DNA of 64,000 nucleotides from Malacoraja senta (taxonomy: Eukaryota), in the NCBI GenBank assembly GCA_038087875.1, contig CM075980.1, positions 47,492,001 to 47,556,000 of the forward strand, written 5' to 3'. This document shows, one piece after another, positions 26,871 through 40,400 of the stretch. Within the stretch, counting starts at the first letter, position 1; each line of letters starts with the position of its first letter. Both the position numbers and the translations under genes were made by a program. The notes under the pieces are model-generated. The model was not told the origin of the DNA and ran no database searches. It saw only the letters and a program-made list of their open reading frames with translations.

Positions 26871-29199
26871 CATCAAAATTCACCTTGCCCCAATGTAATA
26901 AAACCTGTGGAGCAGTTCTACTCTATTCTATAACTATTTGACAACTAATATAACTATTAGTCTTGAAGTACTCCCTCACTCACCCCTCAGTACTTGCTTT
27001 GCCCTGTTTCACAAGAGTAGTTCAAGTTTTGTTATCACCCTGGTAGGGCCTTTTATACATTACCTGAGGAAACTTTCCTGAATACACGCAACAAATCCCA
27101 CCCCATCTAAGCCCTTAATTAAAGAACAATGGTAATTTTTTTTTTAATCCAGATTTTCCACGAATATTTTAAATTGCAACAAAAAAAAATTCCCCTCCCT
27201 CCCCCTCATCCAAAGAAATGTGGCTAAAATCTGGTGCCCCAAGTGAGTTTGAATGAGTTATTTCAAGGAGAATCCACATGAAAACGAATCTTCATAAACC
27301 ACATAATTCCTAATTCATTTATTCTTCATTTATTCTTAAAAAGCTGGTAATGTTTAAATTATTTGCCTGGTAATGTAAAAATCCTAAGCAATTCTAAAAA
27401 AACAAGCAAAATTGGTAAGAAATTCCTGTTAGAAAAAAGGTTCAGCTATACACATTGACAGACATAAGGTGCCTAGGTAAAATCTACAACATAGCTTTTC
27501 TTATTTTATCTTAGAGCTTCAAGCCAGATTGTCCATATGTTAAATTATTATAACCTATGCTGCAGTAAACCTGATGTGTGCACTTTTCTATAATGCATTT
27601 TGCAAATTCATCAAACATCACTGTTGAGGTCAGACCACAGTGCTACCTGACAACCACAAATCGTTCAAAAATAGTAACTGAAGCTTAACTAACCTATTGC
27701 CTCCTTTAACAGATACCATGAACCTAAAATATATTCAAAGGAAAACTGCACTCTAACTCTGTTCCAAATCATGTGAAATCCCCTTGCTGAACTAATATTC
27801 TATAAATATAGCAAGTTATTTACAAAAATGTACTCTGGGGGAAATGGTATGCATTCACTATTTGTTGAGACACAAAGCAGTCACAATGAGTGTATTATTT
27901 TCTGCTCCCAATCTCTATCGTATTGGAAGTTACTGTTTTGAAGCATCCTCGTCTGGATTCGAGAATCCAACTGACAGAAGGGAAGTGTAACTGTTTCAGA
28001 ACTCTTCGATAATATTTGTAGAACACCCATATTCCGAAAGATATTTCCAGATTTCAATCACTTGTCCACGAATGGATCAGCAGAAAAAGAACAAAGAAAA
28101 GGTCAATAAATGTTTTGAACTGAAATGTACGTGGAGGTGGCGAGGAGGAGGAAGATTCATGGGTGGCTTGTGACCATATCCCCCATTCTCCAATCCACCA
28201 TCTCATCCAGTAGTACTATTACCAAACTACTTTTAGCAACGGACATGGAAGGCCTTCACCAACATCATCACTGACCAAGCGGATTAAAGTTCTTATATAG
28301 AAAGAGGTGGAAATCTGGTGAAGATAGAACACAGAAAAATCCAAGCAGCATGCTGATAAGTCAGGTGATCAGTGGCACCGCCAACAAATCAGATCAAAGC
28401 TCCAAGGACCTGCTATATGATGTTGTGCATGGTAATGGATAATTCAACAACTAGTAAGAAGAGAAAGTTCTGCTAACTTTCTTATCTTCAGTGATGGCAG
28501 AGCCAAGCATGAATAAATGAAAGATGACAAATAAAATATTTGAACCCATTTTTGGACATAAATTTTAATCTGCAATCTATTACAATCCCTTTCTGAAGGG
28601 ATATATACTGTTATTTAGAGGTCTTTAGAACATTCACTCCATACAATATCGAAGCCAGCTACAATACAGATGTTTTCAAAATGTAGCCCTATCTCTCAAT
28701 AAATCATCCCCTTACAACTTGGGTATCCGCCCAATAAAATTTTAAATTACCCAATTAATAGTAGACCAAATCCACAATAGTCAATACTCTGAATAGAAAG
28801 AAGGACATTTTCATAAATCGTGCAAATAAGGGGCATTTACTAACTGCTAATGCTCAATAATTCATTTCCAGACCTCATTGTACCCTTGATCCAAACATGG
28901 TGAATAAGCTCATTACCAAAGATGAAATGACAGCAATTGTCCTTCACATTTAGGCATTATTTCTCAAAGAGTCTCAGTAAGGACCCAGAGGAAAATTGGT
29001 CAATGAGAATTATCTATTGCCTCCCTATGTTGCATCCAAGTGTTGATGGCGAAGTCTCGGGGGAGAAAAGAGATGAGTCACTTAATGTGGATAACCCGGT
29101 TGTGATCTATTTTAGTATTTGTGACAACTCCCAAATCCACAAGTTCTACCATCTAGAGAGTTTAGGTGTTTAGGAACGTAACCATATCCAAGTTCTCAC

Positions 29200-29917
29200 C
29201 CAAACACCTACAAGCCAGTCAGTGCCACAGAAAATGTTAGAAATTATAAGTAGGGACATTTCTAGCTAGCATTTGGACTAGTGTGAATTGATGAGTGAAA
29301 GCAAGCAAGGATTTCTTAAAGGGAAATTCTGTTTGTTTAACTTGATTGATCGATTGTGATGAGGTAAAGTTAATGGGGAAAAGCATTGATATATTGTATA
29401 AGGACTTTCAAAAGGCACTTTAAAAAGTGCCACGTAAAAAGTTCATCATCAAGACTGATGAAAGAGAATTGGAGCAGTATGGATAGAAAATGAGTTAAAT
29501 GACGAGAAATAATGACGAGAACTGAGGGATCTGTGCAGTGATGTTCCCCAGGTATCAGTGGAGTCACATACTCAATCATAGACCTAAACAGCATGGAAAC
29601 AGATCCTCCAAACCAAATCATCCATGCCAACCAAGGCTAGGAGGCAAAACATTAATATCAGTGAGGAAAATTTAAAGGAGATGCATGGGACGTTATTTTT
29701 ACACAGAGAGAGATGGGTGCGTGGAACACACTGCCAGGGGAAGTGGTAAAAGCAAATATGTTGGTGACATTTAAGAGACCTTTAGATTGGCACCTGAATA
29801 AGCAGGGAATGGGGGGGTGTGGATCACATGCAGGCAGAGGAGATTAGTTTAACTTGGCATCATATTCAGTACAGACATTGTGGGCCGAGGGGACAGTTTC
29901 TGTGCTATGTTCTATGT
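29200..29917 (+). mobile_element. CR1 LINE fragments (RT part and 3' end)
   Basis: agcaaggatttcttaaagggaaattctg...gactttcaaaaggcac RT motifs; tttttacacagagagagatgggtgcgtggaacacactgcc C-terminus; tail ctatgttctatgtt. Confidence 0.75.
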
Positions 29918-30063
29918 TCCACCAAGTTTACATTATAAACAGTATACCTGTATATAGAATGATGATAAATACAATAATAAATACAATGATTACTGCCAAA
30001 CGCAGACTTGTGTAAGATTGTCATGCAAACCCCAAGCAGTACAAAAGAATAAAGCAGTACAAT

Positions 30064-30484
30064 TTGCCACACAAGCCCAAGAGCTGCTCTGCACAACACC
30101 GGCTGACGCTTCTAAGGCCGCCTGGGTCAAGACGAGATGGGGAGACCAGTGGAAGTCAGCGCAACCATCTAGGCTACACCATTACATCAATTACCCCATG
30201 GACATCCTTGGCCAGGACCTGCCCCGAAAGCAATGGAAAACCCTCAACCACTTGAGGACATGCGTCGGACGCTATGGAGTAGCGATGAAGAGGTGCGGCC
30301 TCGTGGACAGCGCCTCCTGCGAGTGTGGGGACCCAACACAGACAGTGGAGCACATAGTCACCAGTTGCCCCAAACACCGGCCACCGATTGGTGAACGAGG
30401 CCTGATTGACCTGGACGATGACACGTTGGCCTGGCTCGCCTCAACGGAGCTGCAGGTCTAAAAGACACACGACAGAAGAAGAAG
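30064..30484 (+). mobile_element. 5'-truncated Vingi-like (Ingi/I group) non-LTR retrotransposon with intact C-terminal reading frame
   Basis: Open frame ...QWKTLNHLRTCVGRY...CECGDPTQTVEHIVTSCP...DDDTLAWL* (CCHC finger; stop 30459-30461), very short 3' UTR, (GAA)n tail, 12-bp TSD aagcagtacaat at 30052-30063 and 30485-30496, GC/CpG-rich relative to flanks. Confidence 0.8.
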
Positions 30485-30496
30485 AAGCAGTACAAT

Positions 30497-30870
30497 AATG
30501 GAATAAACATTGAGGTAGAGTTAAAAGTAGGAGTACATGGCAACACCTCAGGGAAGGAAGTATAAAAGAGGTGATTAGTTCAGGAGTTGAATAGTAGTGG
30601 GGAAGAGGCAAGTTTTCAATCTCCTGTACCTTCTCCCAGAAGGTAGAAGAGAGAAAAGAGAATGGCATGGGTGGCAAGCATCCTTGATGATACTTCCAGC
30701 TTTGTTGATGCAACACAATGTGAAGATGGACTGAATGGAAGGAAGTGATGAACATGTGATGGACTGAGCTGTGTTCAGCACTCCTTGTAGGTTCAGATCT
30801 TCAAGAGCAGAACAGCTCTTCTGTACAATCTGAGATGCATCCAGTCAGAATACGTTCAGTAGTGCACAAA
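30497..30870 (-). mobile_element. Rex1-like LINE 3' part; its 3' UTR continues at ~29920-30063 on the other side of the Vingi insert
   Basis: TAQSITCSSLPSIQSIFTLCCINKAGSIIKDACHPCHSLFSLLPSGRRYRRLKT. Confidence 0.8.
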
Positions 30871-31508
30871 ATATGGAAGTGTAGTGAACTGCGAAGGAGA
30901 TGGTTGTAGAATTGAAGAGGATGGCATTTGATGAAATTTAAAGCAAGATGTCATGTTTTGGAAGAATGAAGAGAAGCGATGTAAACGAGAGGGCACGATC
31001 ATAAAAAGGGATCCAGGGGCCGAAGGAGATGTGAAGGTACATATGCATAAATCATTGGAAATAACAGGTCAGGGTGAGAGCGCTGTTCAAAGATTCTCAA
31101 GGGAACATTTGTTTTATTAATAGAGGCATCGAGTCAGTCAAGTCGACTTTTATAAAAGAAAATCACAAAGTTGCAAATGCTAGAAATCTGAAATAGAGAC
31201 AGAAAATACTAGAAGCACTCAGCAGGTCAGGCATTATCTGTGGAAAGTCAAAGACCCTTAGTCAGAACTTTAACAGCTCTTGAATTCCAAGATCCCTCCA
31301 GATCTTTCTCTTCTTCACTTTCCTCCTAATGACAATTCTTTATTAGCTGTTCATGGAATATGGAATATGGACTATGGAATAAATCGCCCATTTCCAAACC
31401 ATCGAGAACATTCCTTCTGTTATAATTATAAAATACTGAAACAACTGCAATGCGTGTCCACTTCTGGACACCACATTTTAAGAAAGATGCAAGCATGCAG
31501 TAGAGTAA

Positions 31509-31821
31509 AGGCCCTGTCCCACTTTCCCGAGTTACGAACTCTTCCGAGTTTTCCCCTTGATTCGAACTCGGGAATGTCGGGTAATGTCGGTAGCAAGCCC
31601 GTAGGAGTCGGTAGATGTTTCGTAGCGGTTCGTAATGCCAGCTGTAGGAACTCAGGGCATCAGGTAAGTCGGGACGTTTTTTCAACATGTTGAAAAATGT
31701 CCACGAGTTAAAATAATAGCCCCGAGTACCTACGAACGCTATTACCGTAATTCTCCGAGTTTGAATCAAGGGGAAAACTCGGGAGAGTTCGTGAGTAACT
31801 CGGGAAAGTGGGACAGGGTCT
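31509..31821. mobile_element. MITE with ctgtcccactt terminal inverted repeats (PIF/Harbinger-like)
   Basis: aggccctgtcccactttcccgagtta... / ...taactcgggaaagtgggacagggtct; ~65-bp imperfect TIRs; flanks TAA and TTA. Confidence 0.85.
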
Positions 31822-32475
31822 TTACAGTTTGATGCAGCATTGAAACAGGCCCTGTAGCCCAACAAGTCCACGCAGACCAAACATCCCTTCACATTACTCC
31901 TACATTTACACCACTTTTTATTCTCACCAAGTTCTCCCCCCAGATTCTACCTCTCACTGACACTAGGGACAATTTAGAGTGACCAATTAACCTACCAACC
32001 CACACATCTTTGAGAAGTGTGAAGAAACCAAAGCAGAGGAAACACATGTTGTCAGAAGAAGGCTGTGAAACCTCTATACGGAGAGCGCCCGAGCACGGGC
32101 ACTGTGGGATGGCTGTTCATCCATCCATCAGCAGCATTGTGCAGTGGGCCTTTCATTATGTTCGGAGATTGAAGAAGCTGGTGTTGTTCCTTAGAAAAGA
32201 GGTGGTCTCAAGAACCGAAGAATGTTGAATGAAGGTGAGTGGCTACAGAGCCGAGCCAAAAGAGATTTTTTTTTAAAGGCAGTGAATTATTAAGATATAA
32301 AATATATTGCAGGATTGGTGGCTGAAGAAAGGTGGAAGCAATTAATTTGTTGCATTCAATAGGGAACTGTACAAGAGACTTTTTTTTTCAATTATGAAAA
32401 TAAAAACAAATTTGCAGAGCTACAGAGTAATTGGGCAGAGTGGGACTAGTTGGCCTGCTCTTGTATTGAGTTAGA

Positions 32476-32680
32476 TGGACACAAAAAGCTGGAGTAACTC
32501 AGTGGGAAAGGCAGCATCTCTGGAGAGAATCATTGGGTGACGTTGCGGGTCGAGACCCTTCTTCTTCTCGACCCAAAACGTCACCCATTCCTTCTCTCCA
32601 GAGATGCTGGCTGTCATGCTGAGTTACTCCAGCTTTTTGTGTCCATTTTCAGTTTAAACCAGCTTCTGTAGTTCCTTCAT
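32476..32680. mobile_element. Fold-back element from Penelope terminal repeat
   Basis: tggacacaaaaagctggagtaactcag...gggtcgaga / tctcgaccc...ctgagttactccagctttttgtgtcca inverted arms. Confidence 0.8.
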
Positions 32681-35600
32681 ACATACTTGTATTGTTAGCC
32701 GAATTGTGATGGGCTGAAAGGCAGCAATCTCTGCCTCCTTATAATCCAGTAACAGCAACCTCCACTGTTGCTGTACCAAAAACCGAGAATTCCCCACGTA
32801 TCAGTACTGTGGGAGTCACAAAAAATATTGCAGATGCTGTAATCTCGAGCAAAACACAAAGGGCTGGAGGAACTCAGCTGGCTGGGTTTAACCCAAAATG
32901 TTGTCTGTCCAGTCCCTCCCTAGATGCTGCCAGACCCACTGAGTTGCTTCACTTCGTGTGGTCTTACCTTCATCGTCCCTGGCAGATGCGGTTCTTACTA
33001 CTACCACCTCGAGGATATTTAGTGATAGCTAATAAATGCTCATCTTGCCAAGATTTCCTCAACCCATAAAGATTAATTTAATATCTTATATTTTCTACAC
33101 AATTATTGAGTTAATGTGCATAGCCCAATTTTAGTAGATCCTCGTGCACTGGGGTAGTACATTGCTTTTCATCTTTCCAAAATGATACTAGTTTTCCTTT
33201 GGATCAATTTTAATGCTTTCATTCTTTTAAAGTAACAGCTAAATGAAATGGCACTCCTGAAAACAAGTTTATTAAGGTCATTAATTATACTGAACATATC
33301 AAGAGTTCTATTAGCTTTAAAATAGTTATAAATAAAGACTGGGTGGGGTGCAAGTTAAAATTCTGAACTTGAACAGTCTAACTTTGATGATATCAGTCAG
33401 GAACTTGCTAAAGTTGATGGGACGGTTGTTTGGGGAGCAAAGGGATATCCATACTGAGGGATGCAATTTAATGTGTGATGATGAGAGTTCAAGGCATGAA
33501 TGTTCCTGTTAGAGTGGACAAAGCAGGTGGGTCGAAGGAAGCTTGGATGATGAGAGAAATGTTAGCACTGGTCTGAAAAGACCAGGAAATATGGGCCACG
33601 TATAGGCAGTTTGGATCAAGTTTATCCCTGGAGGAGTTTCCTGATGTTGATGTGACATTGTGGTCAGCATGGACAGGTTGGCTCGATGGGTCTATTTCCA
33701 TGCTGTACGAGTCAATTACTATAATATAATATTATGTTAGTACTATGGATATTAAATTGTTAGTGCTCGTAGTACTAATCAAATATTATTTAGTAATTTA
33801 TGTTATTAAATGAAGTTACATTTGCAGAATTCCTTTCATGATTTCAACCAAACGGCAATACCTTTGACAAATAGTGATATTTAAATACCACGCAGGATTG
33901 TCAGAAAATTTTTGCTCAAATTGAAACAACAACCTTCCGAATCAGAAGCAAGAAGAACTTCTTTGTTTTTAATACCTTTCCATTCTCTGTACCAGCTCAA
34001 ATCCTAAAGGACAACATTTCATGTAACTCATCGTGATAATTATGGATTTAATAATTTAAACTGCTAACAATATTTTGTTTTATGTATCACAACACAGGAA
34101 GGAGGCCATTCAGCACATCAGGTCAATGTCAATTCCCAGCAGAATAATCCAGTCATTCCCACTGCCCATCTTCCCATGACCCTCTACCCCTGAAACTTAC
34201 TCTCTCTCTCACATGCCTATCATTGCTCCCTTGATCTTTTTTTATCACTACACATAAATTTGCTCATAACCAGGAATGTGTAAAATAGATGAATGCTTCA
34301 TTTTTGATAGTTCTTATGGTTTGAGTATTTTTGAGTGTGGCCATTATTTTCAGAACATCAGACTTGAGGAGGGAAGTTAAATGCAGCAGGCAGAGTGTTG
34401 AACCCTGCCCAATCACACCAGGTGTATAACATGCACACAACTAACCACCAATGGTTTAAAACTCTGCTACTGAAGCTCAATTTTAACAAGGATTCCATTA
34501 AATGATACCGCAGATTGTTGCAATGTAACGTACTCCACATAACTCTTCCACAAACATATTCCTTGACAGATCATTGGGACTTTGCACAGTCAGGAAAAAT
34601 AATTTGGTCAAATTTTCAGGTAATCCTTTTTGCCTTTGTAGACTAGCTGAAATTATCAGCCAAAACTGTTGGTTTCTGCAAGCCGGTCAAGACCATACTC
34701 CCCTTGCATAAACTCTGTATCTATAGATTCTGCCTTCAAGAAAACTACATATAAATGTAGGCATAAATATTAAATTATGTTTACTGATTTTGTAGCAGTA
34801 CCTATCAACCTTACTGTCTGATTGCTTAAGCACAAAACCACATCAGCCTTTGAGGAATGAAAGGATCAAATATCCATCTGGGAAGAAATCTACCATCCTT
34901 TACTGAACGTCTAAATGTATCTCCAGACCCAAGAAGTTTTAACAGATCTCTGAAACGTCTTAGCGTGCAAGGACCATCCATGATTAGAAATAAATGCTTG
35001 TCTGGTCATTGGCACCCATATCCCATGTACAAATGTAAAAAAAAACTAATTTCATTTTGCTTAGCAAGAAGACATGAAATCTGATGATTTATTCACCTCA
35101 CAAATCCTAACAGAAACCCTGCTTATTGAGGTATCGCAATTTACTGGAAGCTGCTCTGGCTGGTCCAAACAATAAAGAAATCCCGAGTTAGTGAAACACC
35201 CTCTTGGTTTGAGTCTAGGATATGAATCAAAAATGTTACATGTAAGAACAAAGGTTCCTGAACTTCAGGGTAAAGAGGATCCAATCAAAGTTAGCAGTTT
35301 TAACTCAGTTTACATTGTCTGAGCGACCTATCACTCAACTTTCTGGTGAATTGGAGATGAGGATGGGATATTTGGCAGAAAACTTTCCGTGCCTGACCTT
35401 CAGGAATATGTATAGAGGCGACTTATTATGGCTGATCGGGGTAGGTCAGATAACAGAGCTTAAAAAATAGAAAATGAATGTGCAATTGATGTGGCCTAGA
35501 TAATACTCTGATCATCTTTAACTTGATGTGTGACATTGAACATGCATTTATTGACCACAATCTGAAGTTATCAACTCAAAAGTTCTGTTAATTAAAATAA

Positions 35601-36194
35601 ATGATAATTATTCTTATATAAATGTCATTGACATGAAGATGATAATAATAATAAGGGATACATCTACTTGAAACTTGGAGAATTTGCAGATATTTCACTA
35701 TTTAAAAATCTCAAACAAATAATCAATGGAATTCAATGAAAAGATAAAAGGTGAGAAAAATAAACAGAAGCATGAAATATTTAAAATTGATATTGGAGAT
35801 AAAAGATTTGGTTAATACAGTAGATAATTATTTGGAAGCAGAATTCATTAACTGTTCATCTTTCATTTCTGAGATCAATCTCAAGGTCTGCATTGTATTT
35901 TACTATAAAACATCACTCGGGGCAACAGGTTAATCACAGTGTTAAATGTTTCATATGGACCTGATCTGTTCTTACTCCATCTCATTGCATCATCTAGCTT
36001 GCTAATTCCTTTCATCATCATCATGTATAGTTTCCCCTAAAATATATCTGTCCATCTTATGTTTTTATATGCATTCCATCGTAAACCTGTAATGGCAAGC
36101 TCCTGATTCAACTTTCACAATGCAGATAGCATAAAAGTCTCTTCTCTCTGCTGGATATTCTTAATCCAGCTTCCCGTGACACCTACATAAGGCA

Positions 36195-36730
36195 TTGCCA
36201 GAAGATGGCCGCATCTATCATCAAGGATCCAGCTCATGCCCTCTTCTTGCCGTTATCATCAGTCAGGAGGTAAAGAAGCCTGAAGTCCAATACCACCATG
36301 TACAAGGAACAGCTACTTTCCTACAACCATCAGGTATTTATTTATTTATTTATTTATTTATTTATTCCGAACAAGTAAAGACATTAAAGACATTGATATT
36401 AACAAAATCGAAATTATCAAACAATTGAACATTGCAATCAACATTTACAATTGAGAAGAGCAAAATCAAGGTTCCAATGTCCAACTCAGAGTCTGTACAA
36501 GCTCGAAAAGGAGTGAGAAGAAGAATAACTATATAAACCAACCTGCACAACTCTAATCTTACCTTGACAATGGAACACGACAAACCACCTCTTGCTCTAC
36601 CATGGACTTGTCTTATAATTCTATTTTGTGCCTCCATCTTGTGGAATTTGTTTAATTATGTATAATTTAGATTTACCAGTACCTCACCATACTCCTGCAT
36701 ATGCCAATAAACAAGTCAATTTGACTTGAC
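36195..36730 (+). mobile_element. Rex1-like 3' end, interrupted at ~36335-36530 by an antisense (TAAA)n-tailed non-LTR 3' end
   Basis: atcaaggatcc...gaacagctactttcctacaaccatcagg, aataaa and cttgacttgac tail; (TTTA)n run at 36335-36365. Confidence 0.55.
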
Positions 36731-37265
36731 TTTTATAGAAATGTCAACATCTTCCTCTGAGATTACTTAAAGGCTTTTTGTTGGAGAATGGAATAATTGT
36801 GGATGCTGAAGATGGACCAGGATTGAAGAGCACAGAGGAAAGAGATTCTTTGCATATTCTGAGCAGAGAAGGTACTATATAAATCATTTCATTTTTTGAA
36901 ATGTTGTTCTGAAAATAGATTGTGCCAGCATTGTGTGCACATAAGGTGGGAAAAAATAAATTTCCCAGAACTAATATTTTGCACTTCCAGTGGCACAAGA
37001 TTTTTTTTTTTTTTAAAGGCTTTCAAAATAAAAGTTAATAAAATTGGTTAATATTCAATGTGAGATACTCTGGAAAAAATATGCCAATTAGATTAAAATC
37101 AGGGCTAGAATAAAAAGCCCGTCTCAATGACAGTATGGTGGAGTGTGGGATTATGCTGAAAACACCAAGAAACAATTGACAGGGTACCCTGCCCACTATT
37201 TCATCCAAAATGTCATCTGCCTGTATGATAAAAAAAATTTCACATACCTGCCTCACTTGAAGGAG

Positions 37266-37462
37266 AAAGACACAAAAACCTGGAGTAACTCAGAGGCAAC
37301 AACTCTAGAGAGAAGGAATGGGTGACGTTTCGGGTTGAGACCCTTCTTCAGACTGATTAGGGATAAGGGAAACAAGAGATATAGACGGTGATGTGGAGGG
37401 ATAAAGAATAATGAATGAAAGATATGCAAAAAAGTAACAATGATAAAGGAAACAGGCCATTG
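37266..37462 (-). mobile_element. Penelope-like terminal repeat / 3' UTR fragment
   Basis: Near-identical to 15094-15225; contains the best-preserved hammerhead-like core (37324-37351). Confidence 0.8.
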
Positions 37463-40400
37463 TCCTTAGAGGAGAGTCACAGGAAAATAGTCATCAGTCA
37501 CTCATTCTTGTTAAAGTCCCAGTGGGTTACATTTTAAGTCAGTGCACCAAATTCATATTGAAAATAAATATCACATTCTAAAACATTAAAAGTAATTTGT
37601 GTCTGAAGCTAATTACTTTAATTTTGAAGTGTAATTAAATTTAGGCCATTGCTTTAAATGCTATTTTCTGCCATACCGAGCTGCAGAGAAGCAAATCCTG
37701 CAGCGGCTCATTCTGAACATTGTTATTACAAGTACATCTCCTCACCAAATTAAAAAACACATGCCTGCGCACAGCAAGGTCAAGACTATATTCAGGCATA
37801 GGTTGATAATGACCAGTAATATTAACATCACAAATATGCCAAGAAATGCCCATGCCCAACGCAAGCATCTCATCACCTAATCATATTATTCAATGGCATT
37901 GCCATCACCAAATCCCTATCATCAATGTACTTGAGGGTCATTATTTTCTGGAAATTAAACTAAACCAGTCACATAAAAACTGTCGCTCCAAGAGCAGGTC
38001 AGAGACTGAATATCCTGTGGTAAGTGACACACCTTCAAACACCATGGGACATTAAAGGCACATGTCAAGAGCATGGTGAAATGATTTCCACTGCATGAGT
38101 GTAGCATTAATAAATGTCAAGAATCTTCACACCAGATCAAAGCACTCTGCTTGATTGCTGCCCATAGCCACCCTAAAAGTTCAATCCCTTCATCGCTAGT
38201 GTGTAGCAGCTACTGTGTGTACCCTTTACAAAAGGAACCATCATTGCTTACCCATGCTACTCCAACAGCACTTCCCAAAGCTATGCCATCCTCCAGCCAT
38301 ATGGAATACCACCATCTTCAGTTTTGTATCCACTCTGCATACTATCATGACTTGTCACTGGACTTGAACCTTGGAACTTCCTACAAATTGCACTGTAGAA
38401 GAATACATTCAGCAGAATACCTTCTCAAAATCAATGTGAGGTGGACAAGTAATTCGAGGTGAAGTAATATTATCCTTGCAAGTGATGCTCACATCTTGAA
38501 ATTGATTTTTTTTTTTTTATTAAAAAAAATTCCAATACAGATTGAAAACTACAATGTTTAGGAAATGTTAACTCTATTTGTGCAAAAGCAAGATATTGTC
38601 AATATGTTTCAGGTCAATGAGCTTTTAGCAAAGCTGGGATGGATGAACAAAATTTGAGATCCAGAGAAAAGAGAAGGTGTAGGGGGGAAATAAATAGAAA
38701 CATTTGATAAGGTGTTCAACAGGAGAGGTTTAATGACAAAAGGGATAATAAGGTAGGTGATGGAACAAATGAGAGAACAGAACTTAGGTTGAAAATTAGT
38801 GAATATATGTGGGAAGATAAATTATCATCTGGAATGATTTATGGAAGGTCCTCTGAATGCTCGAAGAGTAAAATAAAAATGTTGGAAATAGTTTGAAAAT
38901 GTTGAACAATGATTTGACTGGAAGGCTGCATCATGCCTCTGCGTATAACTGTTAAATCCTTAAGCTTGATGCCAAATATCATCGGCAATCTCTTGCCTTC
39001 TCTATTTCCCTCTCTACATCTTAAAATGTATCTATTTCTAACTTTGCCCCCAATCTATCTGTGGAATATTCTGCCCCAGAGAGTTGTAGAAGCTAGTTCA
39101 TTTTAGATATTTAGAGTGGAGGAAGCAGCATTTCTAAAAGAGCAGGCAAACTGGGATCTGGTGCTGAGACGGGGTTGAGGCGTATGATAGACCATGATCA
39201 CAATGAAAAGCAGAATAGACGAAGACCAGGTGGCCTCCTCCTGCTCCAATTTCCTTGCATTCTTATGTTTTTGCATGTATCCAAATCCAACCAAAACAGA
39301 ACACAACAAAGAGGACATAAATATGTCAAAGGAGCCACTGAAATAATTTTTCTTTCATGTGCATTTTTATGCCTGAATATTAGTAATGCAAATTGGACGA
39401 GTGAAGGTATATTATATACCTGGTGAATCAGAGTGGGATAAACTGGAAAAAGAGGTCCACAATCACGAACAGATTCCCAAACCACACTCAAGATGCACAC
39501 ATGCACACACACTGTAGTAAAACGATTTAAATTCCTTTCACATTGTTACAAACACACAAGCACCAGTTAGAGTACATACTGTAATTTTAAACTATTTTCA
39601 ACATATTTGGCTTTGCCTGTGAAACTGAAGGGCAAAGTCATATGAATTCAATTCGGAAAAACAATGCAAAGCTGCTGAAAGTCTCCCATTATTTTAGCAA
39701 TACAGCAGATGTTGAATGCAGTCCAACAAAACCACGACCGTATAGAGACTTTGCTAACTTTTAATTTCCATTTGAATATTTCCAGTGGGAAATATTCTGT
39801 ATAAAAATCAAAATATGCCCACATCCAGCCATCACACATTGGTTGAGGTACAGTAGGTCATGATTTCTTGTCAATATATCTAATGCAAAGATGTGCTGAA
39901 ACATTTTTTGAGGTTTTCTAATGAGCAATTATATTCATTTTCAAATATATTAAAATTAAGGACGTATGGCAATTGATTAATCATGTCTTTTAATGTTAAC
40001 AATCTCTTTTGAAGATTTAGTGATACCTTTAATTTAATTAGTTCTGAAAATCTGAAAATTTAAGTTGCCTGTGGCCTTCAAAATACTCAATCCAAGAATG
40101 GGTATTATTCAATTTATTATCAACATCCTTGACTGTTAGTAATCTCCCAAAAAGATTTAGTACATTAATTGGATTTATTTTCTGCAGTGAATATGCAAGA
40201 TTCCATTTCTTTGCCTTTGGCTTGACAGATATAGTTATCTCAATTACACTTGCTTTATTTCAGCTTTAAAATAAAAGTGAAATATTAATGTGTTGCATTA
40301 TACTTGTAACTCATTAGCATGTGGAGGGAAAGTTGTCTGCTTTATGCAAAAAATTATAATAAAGACTATTCTCAGGCTCTGAATTTGGCATTTAAATTTC

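Noticed and set aside
30018-30461. 147-aa ORF as a host gene
   Set aside because: It is the truncated C-terminus of a LINE ORF bounded by a TSD; the listed start lies in flanking sequence.
31280-31892. 137-aa and 188-aa overlapping ORFs
   Set aside because: They cross CR1, MITE and SINE boundaries and show no protein-family motif.
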